Positions 63,239 to 64,000 of a stretch of 64,000 bases of DNA are shown piece after piece. Source of the DNA: Clostridiales bacterium (lineage in GTDB: Bacteria; Bacillota; Clostridia; Peptostreptococcales; Anaerovoracaceae). The notes below the pieces were generated by a model, which worked only from the letters and a program-made list of their open reading frames with translations, was not told the DNA's origin and did no database searches. Position numbers and translations under genes: made by a program. The stretch lies in the NCBI GenBank assembly GCA_015058205.1, contig SVCS01000002.1, positions 6,396-70,395 on the forward strand. Direction: 5' to 3'. Every line of letters starts with the position of its first letter. Position 1 is the first letter of the stretch.

Positions 63239-64000
63239 ATGTTTTTAGAATTCTTTTATCTGCTCCGTGCCCGCGGGTTGGAAGTCTCCATCAACGAGTG
63301 GATGATCCTCGTGGAGGCCCTGAACAAAGGTCTCGCCAATTCATCCCTCATGGGCTTCTACCAGTTGTGCAGGAGCATACTGATTAAAACTGAATCCGAC
63401 TACGACAAGTTCGACCAGGTATTTTCAGAGTACTTCCAGGGCATCGAAACACCGGAAGATCTGCCTGAGGAGTTTTGGCGTTGGCTGAATGAAAGCGACC
63501 GCGAAAGAGACCTGGAAGATCACGGTGATAAGCAGCTCTTCGCTAAAGAGCTGGACGAACTGCTCAGAATGTTTGAAGAGAGAATCAAAGAGCAGAAAGA
63601 AAAACACGACGGAGGCAACTACTGGATCGGTACTGGCGGAACTTCTCCGATGGGCCGCGGCGGATACCACCCGAGCGGCATCAGGGTAGGGGGCAAAAGC
63701 CGCCACAAGACCGCGCTGCAGGTTGCCGGTGAGCGTAACTTCAAGGATTTCCGTGAGGATACGATTCTGGATATCCGTCAGTTCCAGATGGCATTCCGGA
63801 AACTGCGTCAGTACTCGTCCCGCGTCGAAGGCGTCGAAAAGGAACTGGACATCGACAAGACCATCGACGAAACCTGCGAGAATGGCGGTATGTTGTCTTT
63901 GGCATACGAGAAGCCTCGTAAGAATACCGTGAAGGTGCTGTTGCTCATAGACTCGGAAGGGTCCATGCTGCCGTACAGCCGTTTGTGCAACCGCCTGTTC
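63239..64000 (+). CDS. VWA domain-containing CoxE-like protein, N-terminal part (3' end outside window)
   Basis: Frame 2 is open from ATG 63239 to the window end and is absent from the ORF track because there is no stop. It translates as MFLEFFYLLRARGLEVSINEW...YWIGTGGTSPMGRGGYHPSGIRVGG...VKVLLLIDSEGSM (start of the VWA MIDAS region). CoxE-like proteins typically pair with MoxR. Confidence 0.75.
   Translation, partial: MFLEFFYLLRARGLEVSINEWMILVEALNKGLANSSLMGFYQLCRSILIKTESDYDKFDQVFSEYFQGIETPEDLPEEFWRWLNESDRERDLEDHGDKQLFAKELDELLRMFEERIKEQKEKHDGGNYWIGTGGTSPMGRGGYHPSGIRVGGKSRHKTALQVAGERNFKDFREDTILDIRQFQMAFRKLRQYSSRVEGVEKELDIDKTIDETCENGGMLSLAYEKPRKNTVKVLLLIDSEGSMLPYSRLCNRLF

Overview
This 64-kb window appears to come from a Gram-positive chromosome; a Clostridia/Lachnospiraceae-like origin is inferred from gene content and signals and is not verifiable here. 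After the 3' end of thrS, 424-56731 is one very large, almost unidirectional cell-wall glycopolymer (teichoic-acid/polysaccharide) superlocus. It contains 2 LCP ligases, a TagG/TagH-type ABC exporter and 4 TagB/TagF-type glycerophosphotransferase domains. It also has 4 LicD genes (5 domains), 3 TagD-type cytidylyltransferases and one other nucleotidyltransferase. Further genes are PglF/PglE/PglC-like amino-sugar initiation genes, GT4/GT2 glycosyltransferases, a Wzx flippase, a Wzy/O-antigen-ligase-like protein, an MBOAT and 2 acyltransferase-3 proteins. Several secreted wall enzymes are present: an L,D-transpeptidase, 2 CHAP proteins, a GDPD and an SGNH protein. Three modules are not explained by canonical teichoic-acid genetics. 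(1) An amidoligase island (6578-15118) has three 'sugar-transfer associated' ATP-grasp genes and a MurF-like ligase fused to BspA-type LRRs. It is interrupted by a 4 x 73-bp hairpin repeat array and an orphan nuclease-fold gene. (2) A carrier protein / ATP-grasp / HAD / cytidylyltransferase / LicD / Asp-type racemase cassette lies at 22231-25962. (3) An AT-richer cassette (47049-53260) has a double LicD, a cytidylyltransferase-oxidoreductase fusion, a HisC-family aminotransferase and a GNAT, suggesting a CDP-activated amino-alcohol head group. The right end carries MFS and EamA transporters, two DltD-like paralogs bracketing a Phd/PIN toxin-antitoxin pair, and a MoxR/CoxE-type VWA pair that runs off the window. 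I saw no rRNA, tRNA, CRISPR array, transposase or integrase. All family assignments rest on motifs read by eye and need HMM or structure confirmation.
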